Assembly: GCA_026387405.1 (NCBI GenBank)
Contig: JAPLLV010000057.1
Span: 1,503 to 65,502 of the forward strand
Direction: 5' to 3'
DNA length: 64,000 nucleotides
Source of the DNA: Candidatus Omnitrophota bacterium
GTDB lineage: Bacteria > Omnitrophota > Gorgyraeia > Gygaellales > Profunditerraquicolaceae
Part shown: one piece after another, positions 1-10,101 of the stretch
Layout: each line of letters begins with the position of its first letter
Position numbering within the stretch: the first letter of the stretch is position 1
Translations under genes and position numbers: made by a program
Notes under the pieces: generated by a model
What the model was told of the DNA's origin: nothing
Databases searched by the model: none
Seen by the model: the letters and a program-made list of their open reading frames with translations, nothing else

Positions 1-1
1 T

Positions 2-703
2 TGGCAGGATAACTCTAATAATGAGACTGGTTTTATTATTGAGCGCGGTATAGGATCTTCATCCCAATTCTTTTTTAAGATAGGCACCACATCCGCCAAT
101 GTTACTACCTACGTAGACTCTGGTGGTATCAACAGTACCTACTACTATCGTATCCGCGCCCAAAATACTTACGGATACTCCAGCTATTCCAATATAGTAA
201 GCGCAAAGACTGCTAGTGCGTCAAACTCGCCCCCCACAGTCGGCTCAGTTTCTCCTTCAAGTAGTTCTTGCACGGTCAATGGCTCCATTAATTTAACTAC
301 TACTTATTCCGATGCAGATGGCTGGCAGGATATTCAATCTGCCTATCTTCTTGTAAATACCTCGACCAATGGCTCAAACTGTTTTTACGGATATTACAAT
401 CGTAATACAAATCAGCTTTACTTGGGGAATGACGCTAATTCTACGTGGTTAGGAGGTTTTATCCCCGGTTCGGCAAATTCAATCGAAAATTCTTATGCCA
501 AGTTAGACTGTTCGCAGACAACCGTTTCAGGTTCTGGTACAACACTGACCATTAAGTGGAGTTTAATCTTAAAGGATGCATTTTTCGGCATTAGAAATAT
601 ATATTTATATGTAGCCGATAATTCGGGCGCTACCAATACCGGCGGTTTGGCCCAAAAAGGGGATGTGTGTATTTTTAAAACACCTATTGCGCCACCAAAC
701 TAA
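2..703 (+). CDS. 3' part of a surface protein with a fibronectin type III domain and a beta-sandwich domain (5' end outside the window)
   Basis: The frame is open from base 2 (WQDNSNNETGFIIERG...TYYYRIRAQNTYGYSSYSN, a typical Fn3 pattern) and runs into the listed 422..703 ORF, ending at TAA 701-703. Confidence 0.75.
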   Translation, partial: WQDNSNNETGFIIERGIGSSSQFFFKIGTTSANVTTYVDSGGINSTYYYRIRAQNTYGYSSYSNIVSAKTASASNSPPTVGSVSPSSSSCTVNGSINLTTTYSDADGWQDIQSAYLLVNTSTNGSNCFYGYYNRNTNQLYLGNDANSTWLGGFIPGSANSIENSYAKLDCSQTTVSGSGTTLTIKWSLILKDAFFGIRNIYLYVADNSGATNTGGLAQKGDVCIFKTPIAPPN

Positions 704-704
704 T

Positions 705-3700
705 ATGAAACGTAGACTCTTTAAGATACTTTCTATAGTTTTGATTTTTCTCCACTTGTGGATAGTGTGCTTGAGGGATTATAGTTTCGCTGCCAGCCAA
801 CAGGATTCTTCTCAGAATAGTTCGAATACAAACTCTACCAAATCGGAGAAGGCGCCGGCTGTTGACAAAGCAGTGTCTGCGAATTCTGCCAGTACGTCTG
901 CGGTCAGTATGAGTAGTTCTTCAGATTCAAGTATAGTTTTCCCACCAACTCCTTTTCAGGCCTCAAATTTCAATCATGTCCTTGATTCAGTTTCTCCGGA
1001 CATATTCACTGGCAGGGCGCAATTGAGCATTCCAATATCTATTCCTCGCGGGAAAAGAGATATCTCTCCCCAGTTAACAATAGCTTATCAAAGCGGCAAT
1101 GGTACTGGCGTTGTAGGGGTAGGATGGTCCCTCGACTTAGGATCAATTGCCCGTTCGACAAAAAAAGGCGTTCCCAAATATGATTCATCCGATATTTTTA
1201 TTGCGCAAGGCCAGGAATTAACGTCCATTGGTAATAGCGAATACAGAAGCCAGATAGAAGGCAGCTTTGTTAAATACGTATTTGACGGGACAACATGGCT
1301 TGCAGTAGATAAAACAGGAACTAAATATTATTTCGGTTCTACAGATGCCTCGCATGTTACAATTTCGAAAGGAACCTATTCCTGGGCATTGGATAAGATA
1401 ATGGATTTAAAAGGCAATTACCTTACGGTTACATATGACAAAAATGGGAATGAACTTTATCCTTCCAATATCTCCTATACAGCAAACGACTCCACCGGAT
1501 TACCGGCAGAATACCATATTACTTTTACCTATGAGAACAGGTTGGATACTTCAACTACTTATATTATCGGTGATTTAGTACAGTTGCTACGGAGGCTAAC
1601 AAAGATAGAAATCTCCTTTGGCAGCAATCTTATACACAAGTACGTATTCGAATATATACAAAGCCCATCTACCCAGAGAAGTCTTCTGAATAAAATTACC
1701 GAATATGGCGCAGATGGTACAACAGCGTCTCCGCCAATAATCTTTACTTACCGAACAAATACCGGCAGTTGGTCAACTGATCAGCAGAAGTGGCATGCTC
1801 CAGACGGAGATTTTATAACTTCTGGCATGGATCAAGGCAGGAGGCTGTACGATTTGAACGGTGATGGTATGGCTGATTTCGTTGTTGCATGCCACGATTG
1901 GACTCTAGCTTCCAACCGGCAACAACTGATTGAAACCTTTCTTGGTTCAAAGAACGGTTTTAGTGCTACGTCTAACTGGTTGACGGTTCCTGGGGGGTAT
2001 TTTACGTTTTATAATAGGAGTATGGGAGGTACAGGGTATTGGGATAATGGCCGGAGATTGGTAGATTTAACCGGAGATGGGATTCCCGAGCTGCTGGTGG
2101 CAAGTCCCCAGGAATGGGTAAAAGGCGGCCCCTATAAGGATACGTATGAATTTAAATATCCGACTAACTTAAATCCCCAATGGTCTGAGAGTACAAACTG
2201 GAATCTTCCTGAAGGATACTTTGTTTATAGAAATGTGGTTGATGATCCTAATAATCCTAATCCTCCTCCTTTCCCAATTGGTTGGGGGATACTCATCATT
2301 TACCAATTTGACGGTGGGATACGTTTCGCTGATTTAAACGGAGACGGTTTAAATGATTTATCTATCGCCTTAGATACACAACGCTCAGTTCCGCGCGATG
2401 TAAACACTTATATTAATACCGGAAGCGGATGGCAGCAGGATACTCGCTGGAATATTCCTGATGGTAACTACTATAGTACGGGATCAGGAGATGGCGGCGT
2501 ACGCCTGGTAGATGTTAATGGCGATGGGCTGGCCGATGTTTTAATTGCCCGCGATGGCAATAAAGCTACTTATTTAAATAATGGCTCCGGTTGGACAAGA
2601 AACGATGCCTACAATATACCAGATGGAGATTTTTGTGATGGGGGGAGAGACCAGGGAAGGATGCTCGTGGATATTAACGGCGACGGATTGCCAGATCTGG
2701 TTATTGCCCAAAATGGATACCATGCAGTTTATATAAATACGGGTTCCGGCTGGAAGCGAGACGATTCTTTTAACCTTCCTGATGGTGACTTTGTAGATGC
2801 AAATGGGAGTGATCAAGGCAGATACCTGGGAGATTTAGATGGTGACGGGGTAATTGATTCATTGGTAGCAAAAGACGGCTATAAAAAAGCCTACCTTAAC
2901 TTAACAGGTGTTCCAGATTTTCTCATCGGCGTTTCTAATGGTTTAGGCGGAAGTACTAATATCGAATATACCCCTTCAACAGCATACAATAATTACGGTG
3001 CTAATCAGACGGGAAGACTTCCTTTTGCGGTTCAGGCCGTTTCCAGGATAACAAGCAATGACGGACAGGGGAATTCATACGTAACGGCATATTCCTATAG
3101 CGGTGGTTATTATTACGCACCTGACCGGGATTACCGCGGCTTTAACTATGTTAAGGTTACCGATGCTACTGGTAATTACAAAGAAAGCTACTTTAAGCAG
3201 GATGACATCCTTAAAGGGAAACCTTATGAACAGGACACAAGCGATTCATCGGGAAAGCTTCTGGCGAAGACTGTAAATGTATGGCAAGCAACCCAGCTTT
3301 ATCAGGGCGTGAATTTCCCGTTTTTGGCAAAAACCGATAGTTTTATCTATGATGGCTCTAGCTATAAGCAGACCGAGACGCAATACCAATATGATAATTA
3401 TGGTAATACCACGACAGTTACTTCCTGCGGTGATATGAGTTTAACCGGTGATGAGAAATCACAAGTTACTGAATTCGTTTATGATGTTTCGGATTGGATA
3501 GTTGCTCTGCCAAAACACGCTAGTCTGTTAGATGCCCAGGGAAACAAGGTTTCGGAAAAATGGTTTTATTATGATTACCATGCTAATGTGGATGATTTAC
3601 CCACTCTGGGCTTATTAACCAAAGAAGAGAACTTGCTCTACAATCCCTTAACTATTCAATCGGCTAGAGTCTCTACTCAGTATACTTATGACCAGTACGG

Positions 3701-6700
3701 AAATCCTCTTTCGGTAACCGATGCTTTAGGCAGACAGGTTACTACAATGTACGATACGGTCTGTTACAGTTATCCGGTGAACCTGGCCAATGCTTTAACG
3801 CAGAACGTGGCTACGGTTTACTACGGAATAAATGAGCCTAATAATGACAGCGTTTCTGGTTTTGGTCTTGTAGGTCAGGTGAAATCCGTTCAGGATGTCA
3901 ATAATCAAAAAACTTACAACGTTTATGACGCCTTAGGCAGGCTTGTCAAGGTTATCGGGCCAAACGATACTGAAGTTAGTCCCGGTATAGTGTACGAATA
4001 TAATCTTACTCTTTCTCCCGTAAAAGTTACTAAGCGGGTTAAGATTAATTATGACGCACCTCTGCAGTATCTTTCTTCATTTCAATTCTCGGATGGCTTG
4101 AGCAGGATTGTAGAGGTTAAATCTCCCGCTCAAAGCGACATCCAAGGCCAAGCACGCCAGGTTGTCTCCGGCTTAGTAAAGTATGACTCTCGCGGCCAAG
4201 TAAAAGAAAAATATCTCCCTTATTTTGTTTCCGCTTCAGAAGATTTCGAGATTCCGGCATATGATACCCCCCACAATTCTTATGACTATGACGCCCTTGG
4301 CCGCTTAATCAAATCTACCAATCCGGACCTTTCCTATTCAACAATAAGCTATTCGCTTTGGAAAAGGACTGCAACCGATGAAAACGGCCATTCCATAACC
4401 GGGTATAGCGATGCCTATGGAAGAGTCATAAAGGTCCAGGAGCAAAACAACACGCAGATTTACAATACGAATTATCAATACGATACATTGGGTAACCTCA
4501 CGCAAGTTACCGATAACAAAAATAATATTACTCAGATGTGGTATGATTCGTTAGGCAGGAAATTAAAAATGAATGACCCTGATATGGGCATCTGTCTTTA
4601 TGCATATGATGATGTCGGCAACCTAGTTCAGCAGACAGATGCCAAGATCCAGGTTTTATCCTTTAATTATGATTCTTTGAATCGACTGACCACTAAGCTG
4701 GTTAACGGACAAACAATCGTTACTTATTCTTATGATGATTCTAGCAAGACATACTGCATGGGAAGGCTTTCCAATGTTTCTGACCAATCGGGTTCAACTG
4801 GTTTTTATTATGATAACTTAGGGAGGGAAATCAAGTCTGTTAAAACCGTTGATGGAGCTTCTTATGCCGTTGAGCGCACCTACGATGCCCTAGGCAGGAT
4901 CGTTACGTTAAAGTATCCCGACAATTCCATGGTTCAATATAGCTATAACCCTCAAGGGCTGTCCAGGGTTACCGATCTAACATCATCAGCCGATTACGTC
5001 TCTAACATTGATTATTCTGCAACAGGTCAGATAACTAGAATCCAATACGGTAATGGCACAGAAATCGACTATGCCTATGATCCGAATACCTTAAGGCTTT
5101 CTAATCTAATCACCCAATCTCCTTTCGGTAAGGTTCAGGATTTAAGCTATCAGTTTGATAAAATAGGCAACATAAGACAATTAAGCGATTACGTTAATAC
5201 CGCTACCCAATCTTTTTCCTATGATGATTTAAGTCGGCTTATCCAGGCAAGCGGATCGTACGGAACTTTTAGTTATACTTATGATTCAATCGGAAACATG
5301 CTTAGCAAAGAAGGCGTTAATTTAACTTACGGGAAAAACGGGGTATTGCCTCATGCGGTAACTAGATATGGTTCCACAGCTATTGATTATGACGCAAACG
5401 GTAACATGATCGCAAAAGGTAATTTGCAATTAACGTATGATGCTGAAAACCGCCTTATTAAGGCAGAAACTAAACCTAATGGGCAACAGACAGCAAGCGT
5501 TAATTTAACCTTAAATCCCGGGTGGAATTTCTTTTCTTTCCCGGTGGTGCCGGCTAATACGGCGGCATCTTCGGTTCTATCTTCTATAACAGGTAAATTT
5601 GTACAGGTTTCAAGGTATAATCCTTCTACTAAGAATTTCGAACATTATGTAGGGAACTCTAAATATGATCAATTTAGTACATTCGAATATGGCCGGGGTT
5701 ATCAGATTTTTATTTCTAGTTCTTCTCCGGTTACCTTAAGCGTTACCGGTACGCTTCCTTTAAGCCAATCATTAACGCTTAATTCAGGAGTTAATTTAAT
5801 TTTTGCGCCAAGCAATACAGAGTTGCCCGTTGAAAATGCTCTAAGTGGGCTAAAATTAGGAATCCACTATTCCAAAGTTTTATTCTATGATACGGCGCAA
5901 GGGGTATTCCAGGAGTATTCAGGAGTTAAGAAAGACTTTACCACCTTAAAACCGGGAGCAGCGTATTATCTTTACTGTTTAACTTCTTCTACCTGGACAA
6001 TTACTAATTCTTCACTATCATCAGATACCACGACTTTTGTCTACGATGGAGATGGGGAAAGGGTAAAGAAGACGAACACTTCTGGTTCGACCACTTACAT
6101 CGGATCTCTCTTTGAAAAAGACTATTCAGGCAAGACTACCAAATACATCTTTGCGGGCGCTAACCGTATCTGCACAGTGGATTCGACAGGGGAGAAATCT
6201 TTCTACCATTCGGATCATTTGGGTTCCTCTAACGTTATTACCGATTCCACGGGCAGGCAAACCGGCCTCACTGAGTTTACCCCATACGGTTCTGTTTCCA
6301 AGCAAACTGGATCCCATGGTCCCAAGTATAAGTTCACTGGCAAGGAGTTGGATAATACAGGGTTGTATTTCTACGGGGCAAGATATTACGACCCTACCAT
6401 AGGGCGTTTTATCACCGCGGATACGATAGTTCAAAGTCCTTACGACCCGCAAGCCCTGAATCGTTATTCGTATTGTCGAAATAACCCTATTAACTATACG
6501 GATCCTACCGGACATTCGTGGTGGAAAAAGTTTTGGGGGAAAGTGTCGGGATTCCTTGGTGCCGCTGTTGGAGTTGCTTTAGGGTTTATTAACCCATTCC
6601 TTGGAATGTTCGCTTATAGCGCTATTTCAGCCAGCGGGCAAGGTGGTAATTTTGGTCAAAACCTTGGAATCAATTTTGCTAGTAGTTTAGCAGGGTTTGT

Positions 6701-7436
6701 CGTAGGTACCGCAGCTTCGGGAATAGCTTCTAATATTTTTGGTGGGACTTTTTGGCCTGGCTTGGCAGGAGCTGCCTTAGGTGGCTCAGCGGGAGGCGCA
6801 GCCACCTCTGCGATGTTGGGAGGCAATGTCGGGATGGGAGCTTTGTCGGGATTGGCAGGCGGGACAATCGGATATATAGGCGGTTTTGTTTGGCCATTAG
6901 GAGGCGATGCGGTTGCAGGAGGTGTATCTTCTGTGGTTATGGGTGGAGATTTTGGGGAAGGTGCAGCACAAGGAGCTTACTATAATATGGCAGATACAGT
7001 TGGCGGAATACTTGGACCTATGCCAACATTAGGCGAACAAGATCCACAACCAGGCGATATCGCTTTTTTAAAGGCAAACAGTTCTCCTGGATGGGGTATT
7101 TCTTTGTTTGAAGGAGGACCGTTTTCGCATGTGGGGACGGTGACCGATAAAGGGTTAGCAAGTACTAACTTTGGGGAAGATTCTGGATATGTAGATCTGG
7201 GCAAATATAGTAATCGTGGTGCTTATGTTTCAACACGTTATCGTGGTAACCAATCAGTTATCAATGCTGCAATGGCTTTATCCAACCAATCTCCTAAAAT
7301 CCGATATGGATTCTTCTTCGGACAAAAAGTTTGTTCTACTATTACTGTCTCTGCCTTGAATAAAGGTGATAGGGGATGGTGGGGGATTGGACCTAATAGT
7401 CAATTTAATGTAATGAAAACCTATGGTGAGGAATAA
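705..7436 (+). CDS. Secreted RHS/YD-repeat polymorphic toxin: signal peptide, SpvB-like domain, FG-GAP/VCBS repeats, TcdB-mid-like region, YD shell, RHS core, C-terminal toxin domain
   Basis: ATG 705 gives MKRRLFKILSIVLIFLHLWIVCLRDYSFA (signal peptide). Other motifs: SpvB-like GxGWSLDLGSIARSTKKGVPKY; repeated DxNGDGxxD; many YDxxGR repeats; RHS core YKFTGKELD...YYDPTIGRFITAD...NPINYTDPTG. Confidence 0.9.
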   Translation: MKRRLFKILSIVLIFLHLWIVCLRDYSFAASQQDSSQNSSNTNSTKSEKAPAVDKAVSANSASTSAVSMSSSSDSSIVFPPTPFQASNFNHVLDSVSPDIFTGRAQLSIPISIPRGKRDISPQLTIAYQSGNGTGVVGVGWSLDLGSIARSTKKGVPKYDSSDIFIAQGQELTSIGNSEYRSQIEGSFVKYVFDGTTWLAVDKTGTKYYFGSTDASHVTISKGTYSWALDKIMDLKGNYLTVTYDKNGNELYPSNISYTANDSTGLPAEYHITFTYENRLDTSTTYIIGDLVQLLRRLTKIEISFGSNLIHKYVFEYIQSPSTQRSLLNKITEYGADGTTASPPIIFTYRTNTGSWSTDQQKWHAPDGDFITSGMDQGRRLYDLNGDGMADFVVACHDWTLASNRQQLIETFLGSKNGFSATSNWLTVPGGYFTFYNRSMGGTGYWDNGRRLVDLTGDGIPELLVASPQEWVKGGPYKDTYEFKYPTNLNPQWSESTNWNLPEGYFVYRNVVDDPNNPNPPPFPIGWGILIIYQFDGGIRFADLNGDGLNDLSIALDTQRSVPRDVNTYINTGSGWQQDTRWNIPDGNYYSTGSGDGGVRLVDVNGDGLADVLIARDGNKATYLNNGSGWTRNDAYNIPDGDFCDGGRDQGRMLVDINGDGLPDLVIAQNGYHAVYINTGSGWKRDDSFNLPDGDFVDANGSDQGRYLGDLDGDGVIDSLVAKDGYKKAYLNLTGVPDFLIGVSNGLGGSTNIEYTPSTAYNNYGANQTGRLPFAVQAVSRITSNDGQGNSYVTAYSYSGGYYYAPDRDYRGFNYVKVTDATGNYKESYFKQDDILKGKPYEQDTSDSSGKLLAKTVNVWQATQLYQGVNFPFLAKTDSFIYDGSSYKQTETQYQYDNYGNTTTVTSCGDMSLTGDEKSQVTEFVYDVSDWIVALPKHASLLDAQGNKVSEKWFYYDYHANVDDLPTLGLLTKEENLLYNPLTIQSARVSTQYTYDQYGNPLSVTDALGRQVTTMYDTVCYSYPVNLANALTQNVATVYYGINEPNNDSVSGFGLVGQVKSVQDVNNQKTYNVYDALGRLVKVIGPNDTEVSPGIVYEYNLTLSPVKVTKRVKINYDAPLQYLSSFQFSDGLSRIVEVKSPAQSDIQGQARQVVSGLVKYDSRGQVKEKYLPYFVSASEDFEIPAYDTPHNSYDYDALGRLIKSTNPDLSYSTISYSLWKRTATDENGHSITGYSDAYGRVIKVQEQNNTQIYNTNYQYDTLGNLTQVTDNKNNITQMWYDSLGRKLKMNDPDMGICLYAYDDVGNLVQQTDAKIQVLSFNYDSLNRLTTKLVNGQTIVTYSYDDSSKTYCMGRLSNVSDQSGSTGFYYDNLGREIKSVKTVDGASYAVERTYDALGRIVTLKYPDNSMVQYSYNPQGLSRVTDLTSSADYVSNIDYSATGQITRIQYGNGTEIDYAYDPNTLRLSNLITQSPFGKVQDLSYQFDKIGNIRQLSDYVNTATQSFSYDDLSRLIQASGSYGTFSYTYDSIGNMLSKEGVNLTYGKNGVLPHAVTRYGSTAIDYDANGNMIAKGNLQLTYDAENRLIKAETKPNGQQTASVNLTLNPGWNFFSFPVVPANTAASSVLSSITGKFVQVSRYNPSTKNFEHYVGNSKYDQFSTFEYGRGYQIFISSSSPVTLSVTGTLPLSQSLTLNSGVNLIFAPSNTELPVENALSGLKLGIHYSKVLFYDTAQGVFQEYSGVKKDFTTLKPGAAYYLYCLTSSTWTITNSSLSSDTTTFVYDGDGERVKKTNTSGSTTYIGSLFEKDYSGKTTKYIFAGANRICTVDSTGEKSFYHSDHLGSSNVITDSTGRQTGLTEFTPYGSVSKQTGSHGPKYKFTGKELDNTGLYFYGARYYDPTIGRFITADTIVQSPYDPQALNRYSYCRNNPINYTDPTGHSWWKKFWGKVSGFLGAAVGVALGFINPFLGMFAYSAISASGQGGNFGQNLGINFASSLAGFVVGTAASGIASNIFGGTFWPGLAGAALGGSAGGAATSAMLGGNVGMGALSGLAGGTIGYIGGFVWPLGGDAVAGGVSSVVMGGDFGEGAAQGAYYNMADTVGGILGPMPTLGEQDPQPGDIAFLKANSSPGWGISLFEGGPFSHVGTVTDKGLASTNFGEDSGYVDLGKYSNRGAYVSTRYRGNQSVINAAMALSNQSPKIRYGFFFGQKVCSTITVSALNKGDRGWWGIGPNSQFNVMKTYGEE

Positions 7437-7440
7437 AATA

Positions 7441-7830
7441 ATGGCTCTAAAGGTAATAATTCCGATGATTATATCGTTGTCTTTACTGCTCTGTGGCTGC
7501 GTAACAACTAGTCAAGCTAAAATGCCAAATTATGAAGCTCGCAAATCTTATGTCGAGACGCATTCTGAGCTAGCGGTGGAAATAAAACAAGCCATACTTA
7601 AAGGTAAAGTGATAGAGGGCATGACTAAACAAGATGTATTAGTAGCTTGGGGTGAGCCAAGTAAAATACATAGATATAGCGAGCATAAAAGGCTTGTCGA
7701 TGAAACTGATGAGAATACTCATGATGAGAGCTGGCTTTACGATCAGCCTTTTTATTCCTTTGCGCCAAGGAAATTTGTTAGATTTGGTACCGATGGTATT
7801 GTCAATTATGTAAGCGTATATTATAATTAG
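7441..7830 (+). CDS. Lipoprotein, candidate immunity protein (SmpA/OmlA-like motif); alternative start 7423
   Basis: Lipobox LLLCGC; GMTKQDVLVAWGEP motif; lies directly after the RHS toxin stop codon. Confidence 0.65.
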   Translation: MALKVIIPMIISLSLLLCGCVTTSQAKMPNYEARKSYVETHSELAVEIKQAILKGKVIEGMTKQDVLVAWGEPSKIHRYSEHKRLVDETDENTHDESWLYDQPFYSFAPRKFVRFGTDGIVNYVSVYYN

Positions 7831-7854
7831 CCAGTAACCTTTAATAAAGTCAAA

Positions 7855-8049
7855 ATGAGAAAAACTGAACTTTTGGTCTTTATAATTTTAATTCCTCTTT
7901 TGATTATCGGTTGTGCAACTACTCCTGAAGAAAAAGAATACCGAAAGAATAAAGAAATAGTGAATTCAGCAATTCAAGGAAGTAAACCAAAACCAGTTAT
8001 TAATTCAACAACAGCCGTTATATCCGAAACGATTCGAAGACAACACTGA
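7855..8049 (+). CDS. Small lipoprotein, possibly a truncated orphan immunity gene
   Basis: Lipobox LLIIGC; 64 aa; AT-rich like the toxin island. Confidence 0.45.
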   Translation: MRKTELLVFIILIPLLIIGCATTPEEKEYRKNKEIVNSAIQGSKPKPVINSTTAVISETIRRQH

Positions 8050-8120
8050 TAAGAAAATTAAGAATATAGTCTGTACAGCCTTTTACATGCTGATTATTTA
8101 TGCAAAAAGCACATCCCTTA

Positions 8121-8270
8121 TTAACACGTATAAAATTCCTTGCAAATTTCCCTCAAATTTCTACCAAAACTGCCACCATGGTTAAGCTCTGAGTCATTCT
8201 GTTCGGTGGTGTAAAACGGCTCAAAGAGATGCGGAAGGTTCTTTGCCGGAAAACCGCAGCCAGCATCAGC
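8121..8270 (-). pseudogene. Fragment of a sensor histidine kinase HATPase domain
   Basis: The minus strand translates to ADAGCGFPAKNLPHLFEPFYTTEQNDSELNHGGSF (G1 box DxGxG, F box LFEPFYTT, HGG). No start codon or upstream domains are present. Confidence 0.55.
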
Positions 8271-8362
8271 TAAGTTTACTGGGGACGGGTTTACTGGAGA
8301 CGCGTCCTAAGGGGACAGGTTAGGCAAGAATAGCCTATTGAAAATAAAGAATTTAGAAGAGG

Positions 8363-8405
8363 AGTTGCGATAACAGGTTTGTAAGAAGTTATCGCAATTT
8401 TTTTT
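8363..8405 (+). terminator. Intrinsic terminator-like hairpin
   Basis: TTGCGATAAC...GTTATCGCAA stem followed by a T run. Confidence 0.5.
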
Positions 8406-8427
8406 ACAGCAGAGAGGCAGATTGACA

Positions 8428-8455
8428 TTGACAACGCGGAGTTTTAAGTTATAAT
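8428..8455 (+). promoter_or_regulatory. Sigma70-type promoter for the secretion cluster
   Basis: TTGACA (8428-8433), 16-nt spacer, TATAAT (8450-8455). Confidence 0.65.
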
Positions 8456-8593
8456 ACAATGAACTTTAAGCAAGTGGCGTCAGTGAGGTTTAAGGCAGGG
8501 AGTGCTAAGAAAACCCGGACGGCTATAAGCTTATACAATTAATTAACGCCGTCAGGCAGGGTTGTCTGCCGACAGGCAGAGAGGGAGGAAAAG

Positions 8594-9016
8594 ATGGGTC
8601 GGAGGTTGCTGGTTTGTGGGGTTCTTTGTTTTTTAGTTTTAGTTGCCGGTTGCGCTACGTCTAAAAAAGGAAATCTGTCTGGCCAGGAGCAGAATCTAAG
8701 TTCGGCTAATGCTACCGGTATAGACGCGACTGTTCCGGCTGGTCCAGCTGGTGCGGAGAGTCAAAATATTTCAACAGAGTCAAAAGCTACTGAAATGCCT
8801 AATGTTAGCCCAACCAAGAACGCAGGCGCTTTGACTAAAAAGGACATCCAGACCGCTTTAAAAAACGCCGGGTTTTATAACGGCCTCATTGATGGTAAGA
8901 TGGGTCATCACACCAGGAAAGCGATCAGAGAATTTCAGAAGGCGAACGGGTTAAAAGCGGATGGCGTTGCCGGCAAAAAGACCAAGTCTTTACTGGCAAA
9001 ATATCTGTCTAAATAG
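8594..9016 (+). CDS. Lipoprotein with a C-terminal peptidoglycan-binding domain (PG_binding_1-like)
   Basis: Lipobox LVAGC; IQTALKNAGFYNGLIDGKMG..TRKAIREFQKANGLKADGVAGKKT; GGAGG ribosome-binding site. Confidence 0.85.
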   Translation: MGRRLLVCGVLCFLVLVAGCATSKKGNLSGQEQNLSSANATGIDATVPAGPAGAESQNISTESKATEMPNVSPTKNAGALTKKDIQTALKNAGFYNGLIDGKMGHHTRKAIREFQKANGLKADGVAGKKTKSLLAKYLSK

Positions 9017-9055
9017 ACCGCATACATCCGTAGGCTTATTTTAATTCAAAGCTAA

Positions 9056-10078
9056 ATGGTCATACCGTTTACTCGCCAGCTTTATATTCTCATCAAATCC
9101 GGGATCCCGCTTTTAAGAGCCCTCCAGGTTAATTCTGTTCAGCTGCCCAAAGGAAAATTCAAGGACGCCATCGATGGCGTTATCCAGGAGATCCAGGAAG
9201 GCAAAAATCTTTCCGAGGCCCTCTTGTCCAACAGGAAGTTCTTCTCCTTGTTCTATATCAATATGGTCAAGGCCGGAGAGGTCACCGGTAATTTGACCGC
9301 GGTACTCAAAGAACTTTCTGAGCATCTCGTCCAGCACGACCGCATACGCCAACAGGTGCGCGCTGCTTTTATGTACCCGATTTTTATCTTAGTCGTGGCG
9401 GTCATCATCTTGACGGTGCTTTTGATGTTCGTCCTGCCGATTTTCACCCGCATATTCGCGGACCTCGGAGGGACTCTTCCCCCGGCTACTTTATTTTTAA
9501 TCTGGCTGAGCAAGGTCACGATCCGCTGGGGGTGGTTGGTGTTTTTAATTGTTGGGTCGGCTGTTATGGGCTTAGTGATCCTAGTGCGCAAATCTCCCAG
9601 AGGCAGCTACGTGGTCAATGACCTGGTATGGAAGATCCCTCTTTTCGGCATGCTGGTAAAGACTATGGAGTTGGGCAGGTACTGTCGTACCCTGGGGACG
9701 CTATTATCTTCGGGGGTAACCCTGGTAAAGGCGCTGGAGGTTTTATTTGATACGACTGAATCTTCGGTCCTGCATAAGGCCATCGAAGACATCCGTTTCA
9801 ATATCGAACAGGGCAAAAGCCTTTCTGCGGCTATGGACGAGACAAAGGTTTTCCCCCTGACACTGGTGAGCTTGACCCAGATCGGAGAGGAGAGCGGCAA
9901 ACTCGCGGATATATTCGTTGAGGCGGCAAAGGACTACGAGGATGAAGTCGAGTATTCTATCAAAGGGCTGCTGTCGCTTCTTGAGCCGGCGCTGATATTG
10001 ATCATGGGGGCAATAGTCGGATTTATCGTGATCGCCCTATTTTTCCCGATCTTTACCATGAGCGTAATGGTGAAGTGA
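9056..10078 (+). CDS. gspF: T2SS GspF / T4P PilC inner-membrane platform protein (short N-terminus)
   Basis: FTRQLYILIKSGIPLL, AGEVTGNL, AFMYP, GEESGKL and LLEPALIL motifs with three TM segments. Confidence 0.9.
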   Translation: MVIPFTRQLYILIKSGIPLLRALQVNSVQLPKGKFKDAIDGVIQEIQEGKNLSEALLSNRKFFSLFYINMVKAGEVTGNLTAVLKELSEHLVQHDRIRQQVRAAFMYPIFILVVAVIILTVLLMFVLPIFTRIFADLGGTLPPATLFLIWLSKVTIRWGWLVFLIVGSAVMGLVILVRKSPRGSYVVNDLVWKIPLFGMLVKTMELGRYCRTLGTLLSSGVTLVKALEVLFDTTESSVLHKAIEDIRFNIEQGKSLSAAMDETKVFPLTLVSLTQIGEESGKLADIFVEAAKDYEDEVEYSIKGLLSLLEPALILIMGAIVGFIVIALFFPIFTMSVMVK

Positions 10079-10101
10079 GGCAGGAGCGTAATATTAATAT
10101 A

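Noticed and set aside
8456-8593. Riboswitch (e.g. c-di-GMP) in the leader of the PG-binding lipoprotein gene
   Set aside because: Hairpins are present but I could not match a known aptamer consensus; an Rfam/Infernal scan would be needed.
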